The notes under the pieces are model-generated. The model did not search any database, was not told the DNA's origin, and saw only the letters and a list, made by a program, of their open reading frames with translations. Position numbers and translations under genes: made by a program. From positions 960,001 through 1,024,000 of the forward strand of contig OY969767.1 in NCBI GenBank assembly GCA_963702895.1: a stretch of DNA of 64,000 nucleotides. Direction: 5' to 3'. Every line of letters begins with the position of its first letter. The stretch's first letter is position 1. This DNA is from an uncultured Elusimicrobia bacterium (lineage in GTDB: Bacteria > Elusimicrobiota > Elusimicrobia > 2-01-FULL-59-12). Positions 46,519 through 56,914 of the stretch are shown here, one piece after another.

Positions 46519-48410
46519 GATTCTTCATAGGCCTGGTGCCACAGCTCTAACATGAGCAGGGCCCAAAGCCCATAACATCGGTCACGCGTGCCAGACTGGT
46601 GTTCAGCAATATATCTTTCGATGACCTTTCGTTTAAAATATCCGCGGTCGAGAGCTTTTTTCGATAAAAGAGTTTCCATCAAGTAGCCTTTTAAAGGTCC
46701 ACGGAACCACTGGCTGATCGGAACACCAAAGCCCATTTTTCCACGCTTTTGGATGAGAGGTGGTAAATCCTTCTTGAAGGTTTCTTTCAAGATCCGCTTG
46801 CTTAAATTGAGCGGGCGGTATTTCCAGGAGGCAGGCCAGCGCGCGACTTCTTCCACCAGCACATGATCCAAAAGCGGCGAACGAGTCTCGAGAGAATTCG
46901 CCATCGACGCAATATCCATTTTCACCATCAGACAATCCGGAAGGTAGTGGTGCAGGTCCAGGTACATGAGGCGGTCCAGCAGCTCTCGGGGTGCATAGTT
47001 CAACAGGGTGGTCTCGAAGATTGTGTTGCTGGATAGATGCTTCTGTCGAAAGACTTCAAGGTGCTCCTCTGACCAGAGCTCGCGCAATTCTTCGGCATGG
47101 AAATATTCGAGCGTCCGGAGATATTGTTGGGTGGGCGTCATGGCACCTACGCCTAAAAGACGTTTGGCGCGCCACGACCAGCCAATCGGTGCCGTCGAAG
47201 GAGGCAAAAGTTCGCTCCAGGCGCCCATGCGGGCGCGTAGCGCTTGAGGGAGAACATTCCAAAACTGCATCCCCCACATGGCCCGGTATCGGAGATAGCC
47301 CGCGAAGACTTCATCCCCTCCATCGCCGTTCAAGGCGACAGTAACGTGTTGGCGCGTTTCCTTGGTCAAATAATACGAGGGCAGTGCGCTCGAGTCTGCA
47401 TAGGGCTCCGAGTAATACCAGGCGAGTTTCGGGAGAATGTCAATCAGATGTGGCTGCACCAAGAATTCATGATGATCGGTGTTGTACATCTTGGCTACCG
47501 CGCGCGCGAAAGGGAGCTCGGAGTAGGCCTCCTCTTGGAAGCCTATAGAAAATGTCTTGATGGCACGCGAGGACTGCTGTGCCATGAGGGCTACGATGAT
47601 GCTCGAATCGATTCCGCCTGATAGAAATGCTCCTAAGGGGACATCGGCAATCATACGGAGCCGTACGGATTCCATGAGGCGGATTCGAAGCCGTTCCTGC
47701 GCCTCGGCGTAAGTCAAACGTTCTTTGGGTTCATAGCGTAGGTCCCAGTAGCGTTGTATACGAAGACCGCTATTCGCTGACCATGTTAAATAGTGCGCTG
47801 GGGGCAACTTGTACACGTTTTCATAGATGGAGAGAGGCGAAGGTATATACTGCAAACTCAAGAAATAATAAATAGCATCAAGATTGATCTGCTTGGGGCA
47901 TTCGGGATGGAGCCGCAGCGCCTTGAGTTCTGACGCAAAGACCAACCCTCCTTCGGGTCTTGAGAAATAAAAAAATGGCTTTTTACCGAACCGGTCGCGC
48001 GCGGCAAATAAACGTTTTGTTTTGGTGTCCCATATCGCAAAGGAAAACATGCCGCGCATGTGTTGTACACACGCTTCACCATATTCTTGGTAGAGATGCA
48101 GGATGACTTCCGTATCTGACCGGGTCCGAAAAACGTGACGTCCGGTTAATTCGAGGCGCTCACGAAGCAGTTGAAAATTGTAGATCTCTCCGTTGAAGAC
48201 GATGTGAAGAGGCCCCTCGGCGAGGGTCATAGGCTGATGACCTAAGGAGAGGTCAATAATCGATAAACGCTGAAATCCAAATCCAAGACCGAGTTCAGAG
48301 TGATACCCCTCATCATCAGGCCCACGGTGATGCATGGTCCGTGACATGGTCTCGAGCAAACTTAGCTCGGGTGTTTGGCCAGGGGAAACGATTCCGCAGA
48401 TGCCGCACAT
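46515..48410 (-). CDS. asnB: asparagine synthase-like glutamine amidotransferase (probably glycan amidation)
   Basis: MCGICG, HRGPD, RLSIIDL, NGEIYN, LSGGIDSS, GDGGDE, SMANSLE. Confidence 0.92.
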   Translation of the reverse strand: MCGICGIVSPGQTPELSLLETMSRTMHHRGPDDEGYHSELGLGFGFQRLSIIDLSLGHQPMTLAEGPLHIVFNGEIYNFQLLRERLELTGRHVFRTRSDTEVILHLYQEYGEACVQHMRGMFSFAIWDTKTKRLFAARDRFGKKPFFYFSRPEGGLVFASELKALRLHPECPKQINLDAIYYFLSLQYIPSPLSIYENVYKLPPAHYLTWSANSGLRIQRYWDLRYEPKERLTYAEAQERLRIRLMESVRLRMIADVPLGAFLSGGIDSSIIVALMAQQSSRAIKTFSIGFQEEAYSELPFARAVAKMYNTDHHEFLVQPHLIDILPKLAWYYSEPYADSSALPSYYLTKETRQHVTVALNGDGGDEVFAGYLRYRAMWGMQFWNVLPQALRARMGAWSELLPPSTAPIGWSWRAKRLLGVGAMTPTQQYLRTLEYFHAEELRELWSEEHLEVFRQKHLSSNTIFETTLLNYAPRELLDRLMYLDLHHYLPDCLMVKMDIASMANSLETRSPLLDHVLVEEVARWPASWKYRPLNLSKRILKETFKKDLPPLIQKRGKMGFGVPISQWFRGPLKGYLMETLLSKKALDRGYFKRKVIERYIAEHQSGTRDRCYGLWALLMLELWHQAYEES

Positions 48411-48416
48411 CGAGGC

Positions 48417-49535
48417 TTAGACGACCTCCATGAGTAAGTGTTCCCATTGATTCATCACGGCATCTAATGAGAATCGTTGGGTGATCGTTTGGGCTTGTTG
48501 TCCCATGACACGGCGTTTCTCTGGATTAGCAAGGAGTCCACGAAGCGACGCTGTGAGAGCGTCTAGGTCGCCGACAGGGACAAGCAAGCCATTGGAACCG
48601 TGCTGGATCATGGCCTTAGCGCCTGTGGTCTCAGATGAAATAGCTGGTAACCCGACGGCGAGTGCTTCGCTCAGAGCGTTCGGGAAGCCCTCAAATTCAG
48701 AGCAAAGCATAAAGATAGAAGCTTTGAGGAGATAAGGGCGGGTGTCGCGTACAAGCCCGCAAAAGCGAACAACATGGTGAATGCCCAGATCGGCAGAAAG
48801 TTTACGGAGGCTCTCAAGTTCTTCTCCTTCTCCCAATATGTCTACGCGCCAATCGGGGAACTCCCGATGCAGACGTGCCACTGCGCGCAGAAGTAAATCG
48901 AAACGCTTCATGGCTGTAAGTCGACCGACGCCGAGGATCATCTTCTCTCTCGGGAGACCCGCGGGGTCAGCGATGTCTGTGATCGCCGGAACGGGGTTTG
49001 GAATGACTGCGATCTTAGACTGCAGCTTGATGGAGAAGTAACGCTTGGCATCTTCACTCTGGGTAATGATCCGATCCGCCAAGGGGTACAGAACGCGGCG
49101 CAGCAAGCGCCAACCTTGAGGTTGAGGCCAAACGGCAGGATCGGATCTCTCCGCGACGAAAACAGGAATATTGAGACAGCGGGTGCATAGGATGGTGAGC
49201 AAATTGTTGAGATCCATAAAGGAAATCACAGCATGAGGTTGAGTCTCGATTATGTATCGACGGAGTTTGACGAGCCTTCCCGGCGCAGTCCAAAAGTCCT
49301 TCCAGAAACTACGATAGCCGCGCGTGATACCGGTTGAGACAAGTTTGACCTGCTCGTCCAGTTGAAAAAACGGCGGATGACGGTCAAAGGAAATGACGGT
49401 CACACGAAGGCCTCGCTTTGCCCACGCGCTGGCAAGAAGTGCCACGTTCTTTTCAGCGCCCCCACAGGTCAAGGAAGACGTGATGATGGTCAGTCGAGTC
49501 GCCAATCTTGTCATGCGAAGCTCTTCATGGGACAT
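48417..49535 (-). CDS. GT4 glycosyltransferase (PglJ/AmsD-like)
   Basis: SLTCGGAE, VIPNP, GRLTAMKRFD, EGFPNALSEA; paralog of 58141-59262. Confidence 0.88.
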   Translation of the reverse strand: MSHEELRMTRLATRLTIITSSLTCGGAEKNVALLASAWAKRGLRVTVISFDRHPPFFQLDEQVKLVSTGITRGYRSFWKDFWTAPGRLVKLRRYIIETQPHAVISFMDLNNLLTILCTRCLNIPVFVAERSDPAVWPQPQGWRLLRRVLYPLADRIITQSEDAKRYFSIKLQSKIAVIPNPVPAITDIADPAGLPREKMILGVGRLTAMKRFDLLLRAVARLHREFPDWRVDILGEGEELESLRKLSADLGIHHVVRFCGLVRDTRPYLLKASIFMLCSEFEGFPNALSEALAVGLPAISSETTGAKAMIQHGSNGLLVPVGDLDALTASLRGLLANPEKRRVMGQQAQTITQRFSLDAVMNQWEHLLMEVV

Positions 49536-49988
49536 GGATCAAGAATCGATTCATGCAGTGTAGCACGGTAAGCTCCTCAACAACGTCATAGGATCTAATT
49601 GCTGGAGCACTTCATGAGCTTATCCCGCACATCATAAAATTGTGATGCCAATAAATACAAAAATATAACGTGAGCTGCTCGGGCAGCGCATTCCTTTAAC
49701 GCCAGGATCTGGGATTGCGACAGCACCCTGGCCCATCCTGCGATGGCTGCTGATCTCGTTCCGAATCAAGGCTCGAAAGCTCACAGATCTTGATGATCAT
49801 ACTTTTATGTTGTGTTGGGTCATTCATGCATCACGCGACGAGGTCCGGTGATGACACTTTGGGGCGGTCGAAAGAAAGCGTATAGGAATAACGCCCTGAT
49901 GGGTGATCACGCGGTGACAATCAGGATGATCAGGTGCGATTTGCAGATTGGCTGAAACCGATCGATCGCCAACAAACGTCTTTCGATC

Positions 49989-50828
49989 CTATTGTGATCG
50001 AATGAAAATAATCTGCCGAGTATCCGAAAAGGCCCGTCTGAGCAGTGGATGGGTCAAGTAATCCACCCAGTGCCCTTGGTGGAGGAGATACGCATGTTCT
50101 TCGTAGCGGCAGCGGTATTGGCGAGCTAGCGCTTGGAGGGAGTCCGTCGATATACTTCGGTTCCCATGCGTCCAATAGTCGGACCAGGTGTAGTCAATAT
50201 TGATCATCATCCGAGCATAGAGCGAAGGTGCTGCGTGTTTGAGAGACTTTCGCAACGATAGATAAGGCAGTCGGAGCAAGGCCTGTAAAACGCTTCTGGC
50301 TTTCTGAATTATTTTCAAGATCGCGGAAATCTGTGATTCAGGAAGTGCTTCGTGGTCCACCCAAAGCAATCCGCCAGGCCTCAACAATCGGAGACAGGAC
50401 TCGACGGTGCTAAGATAGTCTGGAAGGTGGTGTAATACGGAGTACATGGTGATCAGGTCGTAGGGGCCTGACAAGGGCAATGTTTCCAGCGTTCCTGTGT
50501 AGACTTGCAAGCGGCCTTGCTGAATGGGTTCTGAAAAGCGCTCTTTCAGGAGACGGGTCATATCCGGCGATAAATCGACTGCCTCAACCTGGAGCCCAAG
50601 CTTCAGGAGCTTCTCGGTCACATTTCCGGTTCCGCAGCCCAGATCGAGCGCACGACCTTTCGGATCGGGCAAGGATGATACGTGCTCGCGAAGCGAGTTG
50701 GATAAGCGGTGCTGTTCCCAGGCATTGAAAATTTCAGAATGAATCCGGTTATAAAGGGGTGCCTCCATCCGGTGAACGTCCAGATTCGACTTAAGGATCT
50801 TCTGGTGCAGTGCAGGTTCCATACACAC
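49989..50828 (-). CDS. class I SAM methyltransferase
   Basis: LDLGCGTG, VDLSPDM, SVLHH, LRPGG. Confidence 0.85.
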   Translation of the reverse strand: MCMEPALHQKILKSNLDVHRMEAPLYNRIHSEIFNAWEQHRLSNSLREHVSSLPDPKGRALDLGCGTGNVTEKLLKLGLQVEAVDLSPDMTRLLKERFSEPIQQGRLQVYTGTLETLPLSGPYDLITMYSVLHHLPDYLSTVESCLRLLRPGGLLWVDHEALPESQISAILKIIQKARSVLQALLRLPYLSLRKSLKHAAPSLYARMMINIDYTWSDYWTHGNRSISTDSLQALARQYRCRYEEHAYLLHQGHWVDYLTHPLLRRAFSDTRQIIFIRSQ

Positions 50829-50894
50829 TCCGTCTACTAGAATACCAAGGATGAACGTTGCTTTTCATCCTCGTATACCTTAAACTCTCTCCTT

Positions 50895-51104
50895 GTGTGT
50901 GGCATCATCGGAATCTTGACTTCTTCGGACGAAGAGCCCTCGTTGGGTCTTCTCCAGTCGATGTCGCGCACGCTTCGCCACCATGGTCCCGGCCAAGAGG
51001 GCCATCAAATTCGTCCACCTGCCGCTCTGGGCTATCAGCGCCTTCCCATCATCTTCTGGGCACTTCTGATGCTCGAGCAATGGTTTCAGGTCTACATGGA
51101 CTAA
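50895..51104 (+). pseudogene. collapsed asnB paralog (about 53 N-terminal aa fused in frame to the last 16 aa)
   Basis: MCGIIGI...MSRTLRHHGP...GYQRLPII is joined to FWALLMLEQWFQVYMD. The full AsnB in the window begins MCGICGI...MSRTMHHRGP...GFQRLSII and ends LWALLMLELWHQAYEES. Confidence 0.85.
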
Positions 51105-52747
51105 TGCCAATCTTGATCACGTCATCTCTGAAAAAATATTTCGGATTGGGCGTGGCCCTGAGCAGTTACCTTTGGTTCGGAGTCTCCGGCTTGCGTTTCG
51201 GACTCCCGGATGCCCACCATATTCTCTCTTATAACTGCGACGAGACCAACTGGATCGAAAGCCTGGGCAAACTCACTCGTGAGAACGGTTACAACCCACA
51301 CCCCCACTTAAATCAACCGGCTTTTTTCCTCCAGAGCTACGCCGCAGCAGCTTGGATCGCAGTCAAAACGGGCTACCTCACGATTCCAAAGTCACTCGCC
51401 TATCTTCGGGATCATCCAGACGCCTTTGCGCGCTATTTTCTAGTCGGTCGATCTCTTCAAATCGTCTATGGGATCGCTTTGCTTTTTGTGATGTGGTTCG
51501 GATTATCCCGTTTGTTGGGTCCCGGGGCGGCATCCGCAGCGGTTTTACTCATGTCTGTCACTCCTGGACTCGTGGCGGCTTCGCACTTTATTCAATCGAA
51601 CCTCCCGGTCACAACACTTTCATTTGCCGCAATCGTGTTTCTGATGTTGGATGAACGCAATCCCAAAGGGCCCCGCCGTTGGCTTTGGCTGGGAAGCTTC
51701 TTCTGCGGCTTGGCTTTGATGACGAAGTTCTCGGCCGCTCCACTATTTTTAGTGGCTCTTTATCAGGCCGCTCGCTACGAACGGCCGGTTCAACAAGCAT
51801 TCGCCAGTTTCTTTTGCTTCATGCTGGGCGTGGGATTGGGCGATTTCTTCCTTTTTCTCTCATTCGGAAAAGCTTGGGAGACCTATCACACCATTTCGAG
51901 CCAAGTCATCTTCAACAAACATGCGGCAGAAGCGTATTACACACCGTTGGAAATATTTCTTTATCCCCTCCGTTATGTTCTTTCCTTCAGCCTGGGTCCC
52001 GTCCAGTGGTTGCTTTTCTGGATCAGTCTCGGCGTCCTGTTCGCACGAAGAGTTTCAGGAATGCGTCTGGTTTTTCTTGCACTCGGCCTCTTCGGGATCG
52101 CCATCACTTCGGTCGGTATGGCGGCTTCCGCCGGGCGGATTCTGCTCGTCGTGCCTCTGGCCATCACGATCATCACATGCGCCGGGGCGTATCTCTGGCA
52201 GAACGCAAGATACCCCATCAAGACAATCCTGGCCGTCAGCTTTTGTGGGTTGTGGGCCTCCAGTGTCGCGTATTCCATGATCATCGTGAAAGCACGGCGG
52301 GCCGAGCCTAACCAAAAACTTTCTTCAGCCTGGATTCTGCGCAACATCGATCCGTCCGCCCGCATCGGCATCCCACGCACGCCGTATTACTGGAGCCCCG
52401 ATGTCGTTCTGGGATCCTACTTCTGGCCGGAGCGCCTCGAAAAGCATTATGGTGTCCATGTATTGAACTATTCGATCGAGGAAGCGAAAAAAATGGACTA
52501 TCTGATTATCTCCTCACGGGACTGGCATCACGCTGCCGTTCTGGGGCCGCACGCCCTCGCTTTACGCACTTGGCTTGAGAATTCTAAGGAATTCCAACAA
52601 GTCCAGGCTTACCCACGGCTTCTGAAGTGGGGCCCGATCACATGGAGACGTCCGGAACGGTATGGCGTTGAAGATGATGATCTCTGGGTCTACTCGATGT
52701 TGATCTATCGACGGGTCCGAGCGGATAAGCGATCGGATTCGGCATGA
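51104..52747 (+). CDS. GT-C/ArnT-like membrane glycosyltransferase
   Basis: RFGLP...CDE first loop, GLALMTKF, many TM segments; ATG 51104 overlaps the mini-asnB stop (TAATG). Confidence 0.78.
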   Translation: MPILITSSLKKYFGLGVALSSYLWFGVSGLRFGLPDAHHILSYNCDETNWIESLGKLTRENGYNPHPHLNQPAFFLQSYAAAAWIAVKTGYLTIPKSLAYLRDHPDAFARYFLVGRSLQIVYGIALLFVMWFGLSRLLGPGAASAAVLLMSVTPGLVAASHFIQSNLPVTTLSFAAIVFLMLDERNPKGPRRWLWLGSFFCGLALMTKFSAAPLFLVALYQAARYERPVQQAFASFFCFMLGVGLGDFFLFLSFGKAWETYHTISSQVIFNKHAAEAYYTPLEIFLYPLRYVLSFSLGPVQWLLFWISLGVLFARRVSGMRLVFLALGLFGIAITSVGMAASAGRILLVVPLAITIITCAGAYLWQNARYPIKTILAVSFCGLWASSVAYSMIIVKARRAEPNQKLSSAWILRNIDPSARIGIPRTPYYWSPDVVLGSYFWPERLEKHYGVHVLNYSIEEAKKMDYLIISSRDWHHAAVLGPHALALRTWLENSKEFQQVQAYPRLLKWGPITWRRPERYGVEDDDLWVYSMLIYRRVRADKRSDSA

Positions 52748-53475
52748 ATCATCCATGTCCCTCGGGTGCTGACACGATGTCGGAAGGACTCGCTGAACTC
52801 CATCATTACTACGACTGGATCTTTTCCAAATTCCGTCCTTACTTGGGACGACGGATTCTCGAGATAGGCCCTGGTTTTGGATCGCTTGCGGAGCGTCTTA
52901 TGAAGAGTGGCTACGATTACGCCGCCATTGATCAGAACGAGGAAATCATCGACAGGCTTTGCGCTTCACGGACGCTCCCTGACAATCGCGGCATCGTCGG
53001 GGACGTGACCTCGCCATCCCTGCTCTCGGTTTGGGAGACCTTCAAGCCGGACACGCTGATCTCGATGAATGTACTCGAACACATCCAAGACGATACGAAT
53101 CATCTCCGGTCACTTTCGAAGATATTTCCAGGCGCACGGCTTCTCCTCTTTGTCCCTGCGCATCCCTTTCTGTACAGCCGGATGGATCAGGAAGCAGGTC
53201 ATTTTAGACGCTATACCAAAGCGGGCCTCAGGCAACTCCTCAAGGAGTGCGGCCTGATGGTGGATCGTCTCGTCTACATGAACGCAGTCGGCACGCTGAC
53301 CTGGCTGATATCCGCCCGTTTATTCAATTGCCCTCTGCAGGGCGCCTCAACACGACGACAAATGATTCTTTTTGATCGGCTTATTTTGCCTTGGGCGAAG
53401 CACCTGGATTATCTCTTCTCGTCGTGCACAGGCCAATCACTTTTTGCGGCGGCGAGATTTTCGGAGAGTTCATGA
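52744..53475 (+). CDS. class I SAM methyltransferase
   Basis: ILEIGPGFG, NVLEHI, VPAHPFLYSRMD...GHFRRY. Confidence 0.85.
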   Translation: MNHPCPSGADTMSEGLAELHHYYDWIFSKFRPYLGRRILEIGPGFGSLAERLMKSGYDYAAIDQNEEIIDRLCASRTLPDNRGIVGDVTSPSLLSVWETFKPDTLISMNVLEHIQDDTNHLRSLSKIFPGARLLLFVPAHPFLYSRMDQEAGHFRRYTKAGLRQLLKECGLMVDRLVYMNAVGTLTWLISARLFNCPLQGASTRRQMILFDRLILPWAKHLDYLFSSCTGQSLFAAARFSESS

Positions 53476-54773
53476 AAAAGTGGTTCCTATTGTTCCTGAT
53501 CCTGGCTCCCCATCTGGCCATCTTCGCTCTTGCCTGGAGCAAGCCCGAGAACAGCGTTATGTCGGACTCCATAGGATATCTGAACTTGGCGAATAACCTA
53601 TGGAGAGAGCGTGTTTTTTCATCCAGCGTGTCTGCTCCTTTTGAAGCGGACACGTTTCGTACTCCAGGCTATGTTCTGTTCCTCCTGCCCTTCACAATCT
53701 TGAAGGACCTTCCCTTGCACCATACCGTTCTCATAGGTCAAGTCGCGCTTTCCCTTTTGGGCATTCTTGTGTTCTGGCGATGGAATGTCGACTTCAATGG
53801 CCCTGCGATCGCCGCTGTGATGGCCCTCGTCTACGCGTGGGATTGGATCATGCTTTTTCATGTACCGCTGATTCTGTCTGAAACCCTGTTTCTCTTTGTC
53901 CTCGTGCTCAGTTTATGGACCTTGACCTGCGCCATCAGACAACCGTCGTTGAGGAAGGTAGCGATGACTTCCCTCGCCTGGTCGGCGGCCATCATGATCA
54001 AACCCATCGCTCTCTATCTACCGGTGTTCCTCTCCTTTTTCTGGATTCGCCAACGCAGCAGGGCGATTCTTTTCTTGCTTGTTACCTACTCGCTGCCGGG
54101 ACTTTGGATCCTCCGGAATTATCAAAACACCGGAACCCCGATATTCTCTTCTGTGGGAGGTATTTCGCTGCTGCGCTACCCAGCCGCGAACGCACTGGCT
54201 TTGGATCAGCACCGTTCATGGGGCGAAACCGTTCGTGAGCTGGAAGAGGACATTCAAAATCACTATCCCGGCGGATTCCGCAGCCCAACAGAAAAAGCGC
54301 GTGTGTATGGGGACCACGCCATCGCCATCATGCGTCGCCATCCTTGGAGGACGTTGGAACATTGCCTCTATGGCACGCTTCGGATCCTGTGTGGTACGGG
54401 GATTGAGATGCTCTTTAATTATGGGAGTACCTCGATTTCAGAGACGCAGGCACATGCCACCACCAGTGCTCTAAGCGGACAAGGCACTCTCAATCTGTTG
54501 AGACGCCGCCCGCTGGCCATCGTGCCTTTTTCGTTCTATGTTCTCTATCTGAGCGCACTTTACATCGCCTTTGTTTACGGACTTTTCTCCTTGTGGAGGC
54601 GAAGGAACTTCTCGATGTTGATGTTGCTTCTGGGAGGAGCTCTCTATTTTTTGGTCCTTTCCAATCATCAAGGCTATTACCGTTACCGGCTCCCGATGAT
54701 GCCGTTTCTTGTCGCAGGGGCCGGATTTGGCATCGTCGCATGGCGGGGTCGTTACAGGCGGGTTAAGACGTGA
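53472..54773 (+). CDS. GT-C/ArnT-like membrane glycosyltransferase
   Basis: DSIGY, RTPGYVLFL, LSETLF, IKP, RYRLPMMPF; ATGA-coupled. Confidence 0.75.
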   Translation: MKKWFLLFLILAPHLAIFALAWSKPENSVMSDSIGYLNLANNLWRERVFSSSVSAPFEADTFRTPGYVLFLLPFTILKDLPLHHTVLIGQVALSLLGILVFWRWNVDFNGPAIAAVMALVYAWDWIMLFHVPLILSETLFLFVLVLSLWTLTCAIRQPSLRKVAMTSLAWSAAIMIKPIALYLPVFLSFFWIRQRSRAILFLLVTYSLPGLWILRNYQNTGTPIFSSVGGISLLRYPAANALALDQHRSWGETVRELEEDIQNHYPGGFRSPTEKARVYGDHAIAIMRRHPWRTLEHCLYGTLRILCGTGIEMLFNYGSTSISETQAHATTSALSGQGTLNLLRRRPLAIVPFSFYVLYLSALYIAFVYGLFSLWRRRNFSMLMLLLGGALYFLVLSNHQGYYRYRLPMMPFLVAGAGFGIVAWRGRYRRVKT

Positions 54774-55546
54774 CGCCTTCCTCCCTATCCATCATCATCC
54801 CTGTATTCAATGAAGCCGGGGGGCTTCCGGGGACGATCGACAGATTCCACCAAACTCTGAAACAGAACCTGCCGGGTCTGGCCCACGAAATGATCATCGT
54901 CGACGATGCGTCGACGGATGGGAGCACCCGTCAGATTCCTGCCGATTCCGCGATTCGCGTGATCCGCCACTCCTACAACCGTGGTTACGGGGCTGCGCTC
55001 AAAACGGGCATTCAAGCGGCGAAGTACGATGCGATTCTGATCTGCGATGCGGACGGAAGTTACAGTATTGAGGACCTATCCTCTCTGATCGCACCCTTCG
55101 AAGAGTCCATGCTGGTCGTGGCACAGAGACGTGCGATTGTGTATCCCCACTGGATGCGTACGAAAGTGGCAGCACGCAGGCTTCTTAAAATATGGTTGCG
55201 TGTCTTGACGGGTGTGGATATTCCGGACATCAACTCCGGATTTCGACTCTTTTCCCGAAGCCGTGTTTTGTCGCTGCTGCCCCAGCTGTCTGACCGCTTC
55301 TCTTTCACAACAGGCCTTACGATGTATTGGATTTACTCGAAATACCCTATTACGTATGTTCCCACGAACTATGCATCACGCGTGGGACAATCGAAGGTCC
55401 GTTTCATCCGGGACGGCATCCGTCTCCTACGACAAACGGGGAGAATCGCGTGGGCATGCCGAGCCCGTCGCGTGCTTGGACTATGCCTCCTTTTCGGGGC
55501 AACGGCCATCTTTCTGGCCACGGTGTTCGCTGGGGCGTTGCGGTGA
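54770..55546 (+). CDS. GT2 glycosyltransferase
   Basis: IIPVFNE, DDASTD, NRGYGAALK, DADGSY, DINSGFR. Confidence 0.9.
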   Translation: MTPSSLSIIIPVFNEAGGLPGTIDRFHQTLKQNLPGLAHEMIIVDDASTDGSTRQIPADSAIRVIRHSYNRGYGAALKTGIQAAKYDAILICDADGSYSIEDLSSLIAPFEESMLVVAQRRAIVYPHWMRTKVAARRLLKIWLRVLTGVDIPDINSGFRLFSRSRVLSLLPQLSDRFSFTTGLTMYWIYSKYPITYVPTNYASRVGQSKVRFIRDGIRLLRQTGRIAWACRARRVLGLCLLFGATAIFLATVFAGALR

Positions 55547-55710
55547 ATCGTACCACGCATCTGAAGCGTTCTGGGTGCTCTTCGACGGTTTTGGTTCATC
55601 TGATGGGCGCCAATCGGACGGAGGTAGCCGGTCACGTATCGGAAGACACCCGGTACGACGGGAAAGCCCTTCCGGCTCTGTCCATGCACCGACGTTCCAA
55701 CGTCTTATGA
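55543..55710 (+). other. 55-codon ORF translationally coupled at both ends (small protein or gene remnant)
   Basis: GTGA overlap with the GT2 stop and ATGA overlap with the FkbM start; no recognisable motif. Confidence 0.35.
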
Positions 55711-56639
55711 TCGCGCGGGCGCTTGCCATTCTTCGGGTTTTGTGGCGGTGGATGCGTGCATGGCGCCCTCTGAATCGTGTGTTGACGGGGATGGGTCGTG
55801 TGCTGATCCATTGGGGCGTTTCGCCTTATTTTTTTCTCGAACACCTTCCTTATCTAGGCCCTGTTCAACTCTCTTTGTCCGAGGGACGGAAGATCCACAT
55901 TCGATCCTACGGTGACGATTATCTCCTGAATAGCATTTTTTGGCGTGGGGTTTACGAGCCCGAATCGTTCCCTCTTTTCTGCCAACTGGCGGAGACGTCG
56001 CGCGGGGTGCTCGATATCGGCGCTCACATTGGTACCTACGCGTTAGCGGCAGCTCGCGTTAACCCGCAAGCAGAAGTGCATGCGTTTGAACCCCTGCCGG
56101 AGGCCTATCGGCGCTTGGTGGATAATATCCGTCTGAACGGCTTGAGCAATCTGAAGCCGCATCCATGGGCGGTCGGAAAGGAAAACAAAGAAGCCGCACT
56201 CCGCTACGATATCCACGGACCGATCCCCAGCAATTCAACACTGCGCTCAGGTCCTCACGGTTCTGTCGGGGATACGCGCGCTGTCCAAGTTCACGTAATC
56301 TCCCTCGATAGAATGGCTGCTGAGGAGGGACTACCGCCTGTCGATTTGGTGAAAATTGATACTGAGGGTACCGAATGGGATGTGTTTGTGGGAATGGCGC
56401 ACCTTCTGGCCAGGGATCGGCCTATCATTTTCTGTGAAGTCTTGGATAAGATAGGCCAACCCGCCCAGTTGGAGGAGATTCTGATTCCGTTGGGATACCA
56501 TTTCTTCCGCCTGGAACCAGATGGTCCCAAATCCCTTCCCCATTTGGAAACCCATCCACAATGGTGGAACTATCTTTTCATTACGGAACATATTTTGAAA
56601 ACAAGAATCACAGATATCCGGTTCACAGGAAAGGCCTAG
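55707..56639 (+). CDS. FkbM-family methyltransferase
   Basis: LDIGAHIG, HAFEP, VKIDTEGTE; ATG 55707 preferred over 55212. Confidence 0.9.
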   Translation: MIARALAILRVLWRWMRAWRPLNRVLTGMGRVLIHWGVSPYFFLEHLPYLGPVQLSLSEGRKIHIRSYGDDYLLNSIFWRGVYEPESFPLFCQLAETSRGVLDIGAHIGTYALAAARVNPQAEVHAFEPLPEAYRRLVDNIRLNGLSNLKPHPWAVGKENKEAALRYDIHGPIPSNSTLRSGPHGSVGDTRAVQVHVISLDRMAAEEGLPPVDLVKIDTEGTEWDVFVGMAHLLARDRPIIFCEVLDKIGQPAQLEEILIPLGYHFFRLEPDGPKSLPHLETHPQWWNYLFITEHILKTRITDIRFTGKA

Positions 56640-56914
56640 ACGATTCGACCCTTGAGGTTCTGCTTGATTCGCGAAGGAAGGGTGTAATTTGCTGCGGATC
56701 TTGGAGAGGTCAGCGATGTTGGCGTAAGATAAGCGAGAATTGGTGATCATGAACTCGATAGGAGGCTTGGCATCGGCATGACGACAGAAGAATTCTCCAT
56801 CCATATTTTGACAGTTTGGACGAGCCGTATTTCTAACCCTATCATCAACACACAAAATCGTCTGTGATTTTCATAAAGACGGGAAAATTTCTTCAGCGAT
56901 ACCAGGGGATGGAG

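Noticed and set aside
49536..49988. Unassigned gaps (also 28600-29020 and 56640-56900) as ncRNAs or small genes
   Set aside because: No recognisable structure or motif by eye; they are probably decayed sequence and cannot be supported without a search.
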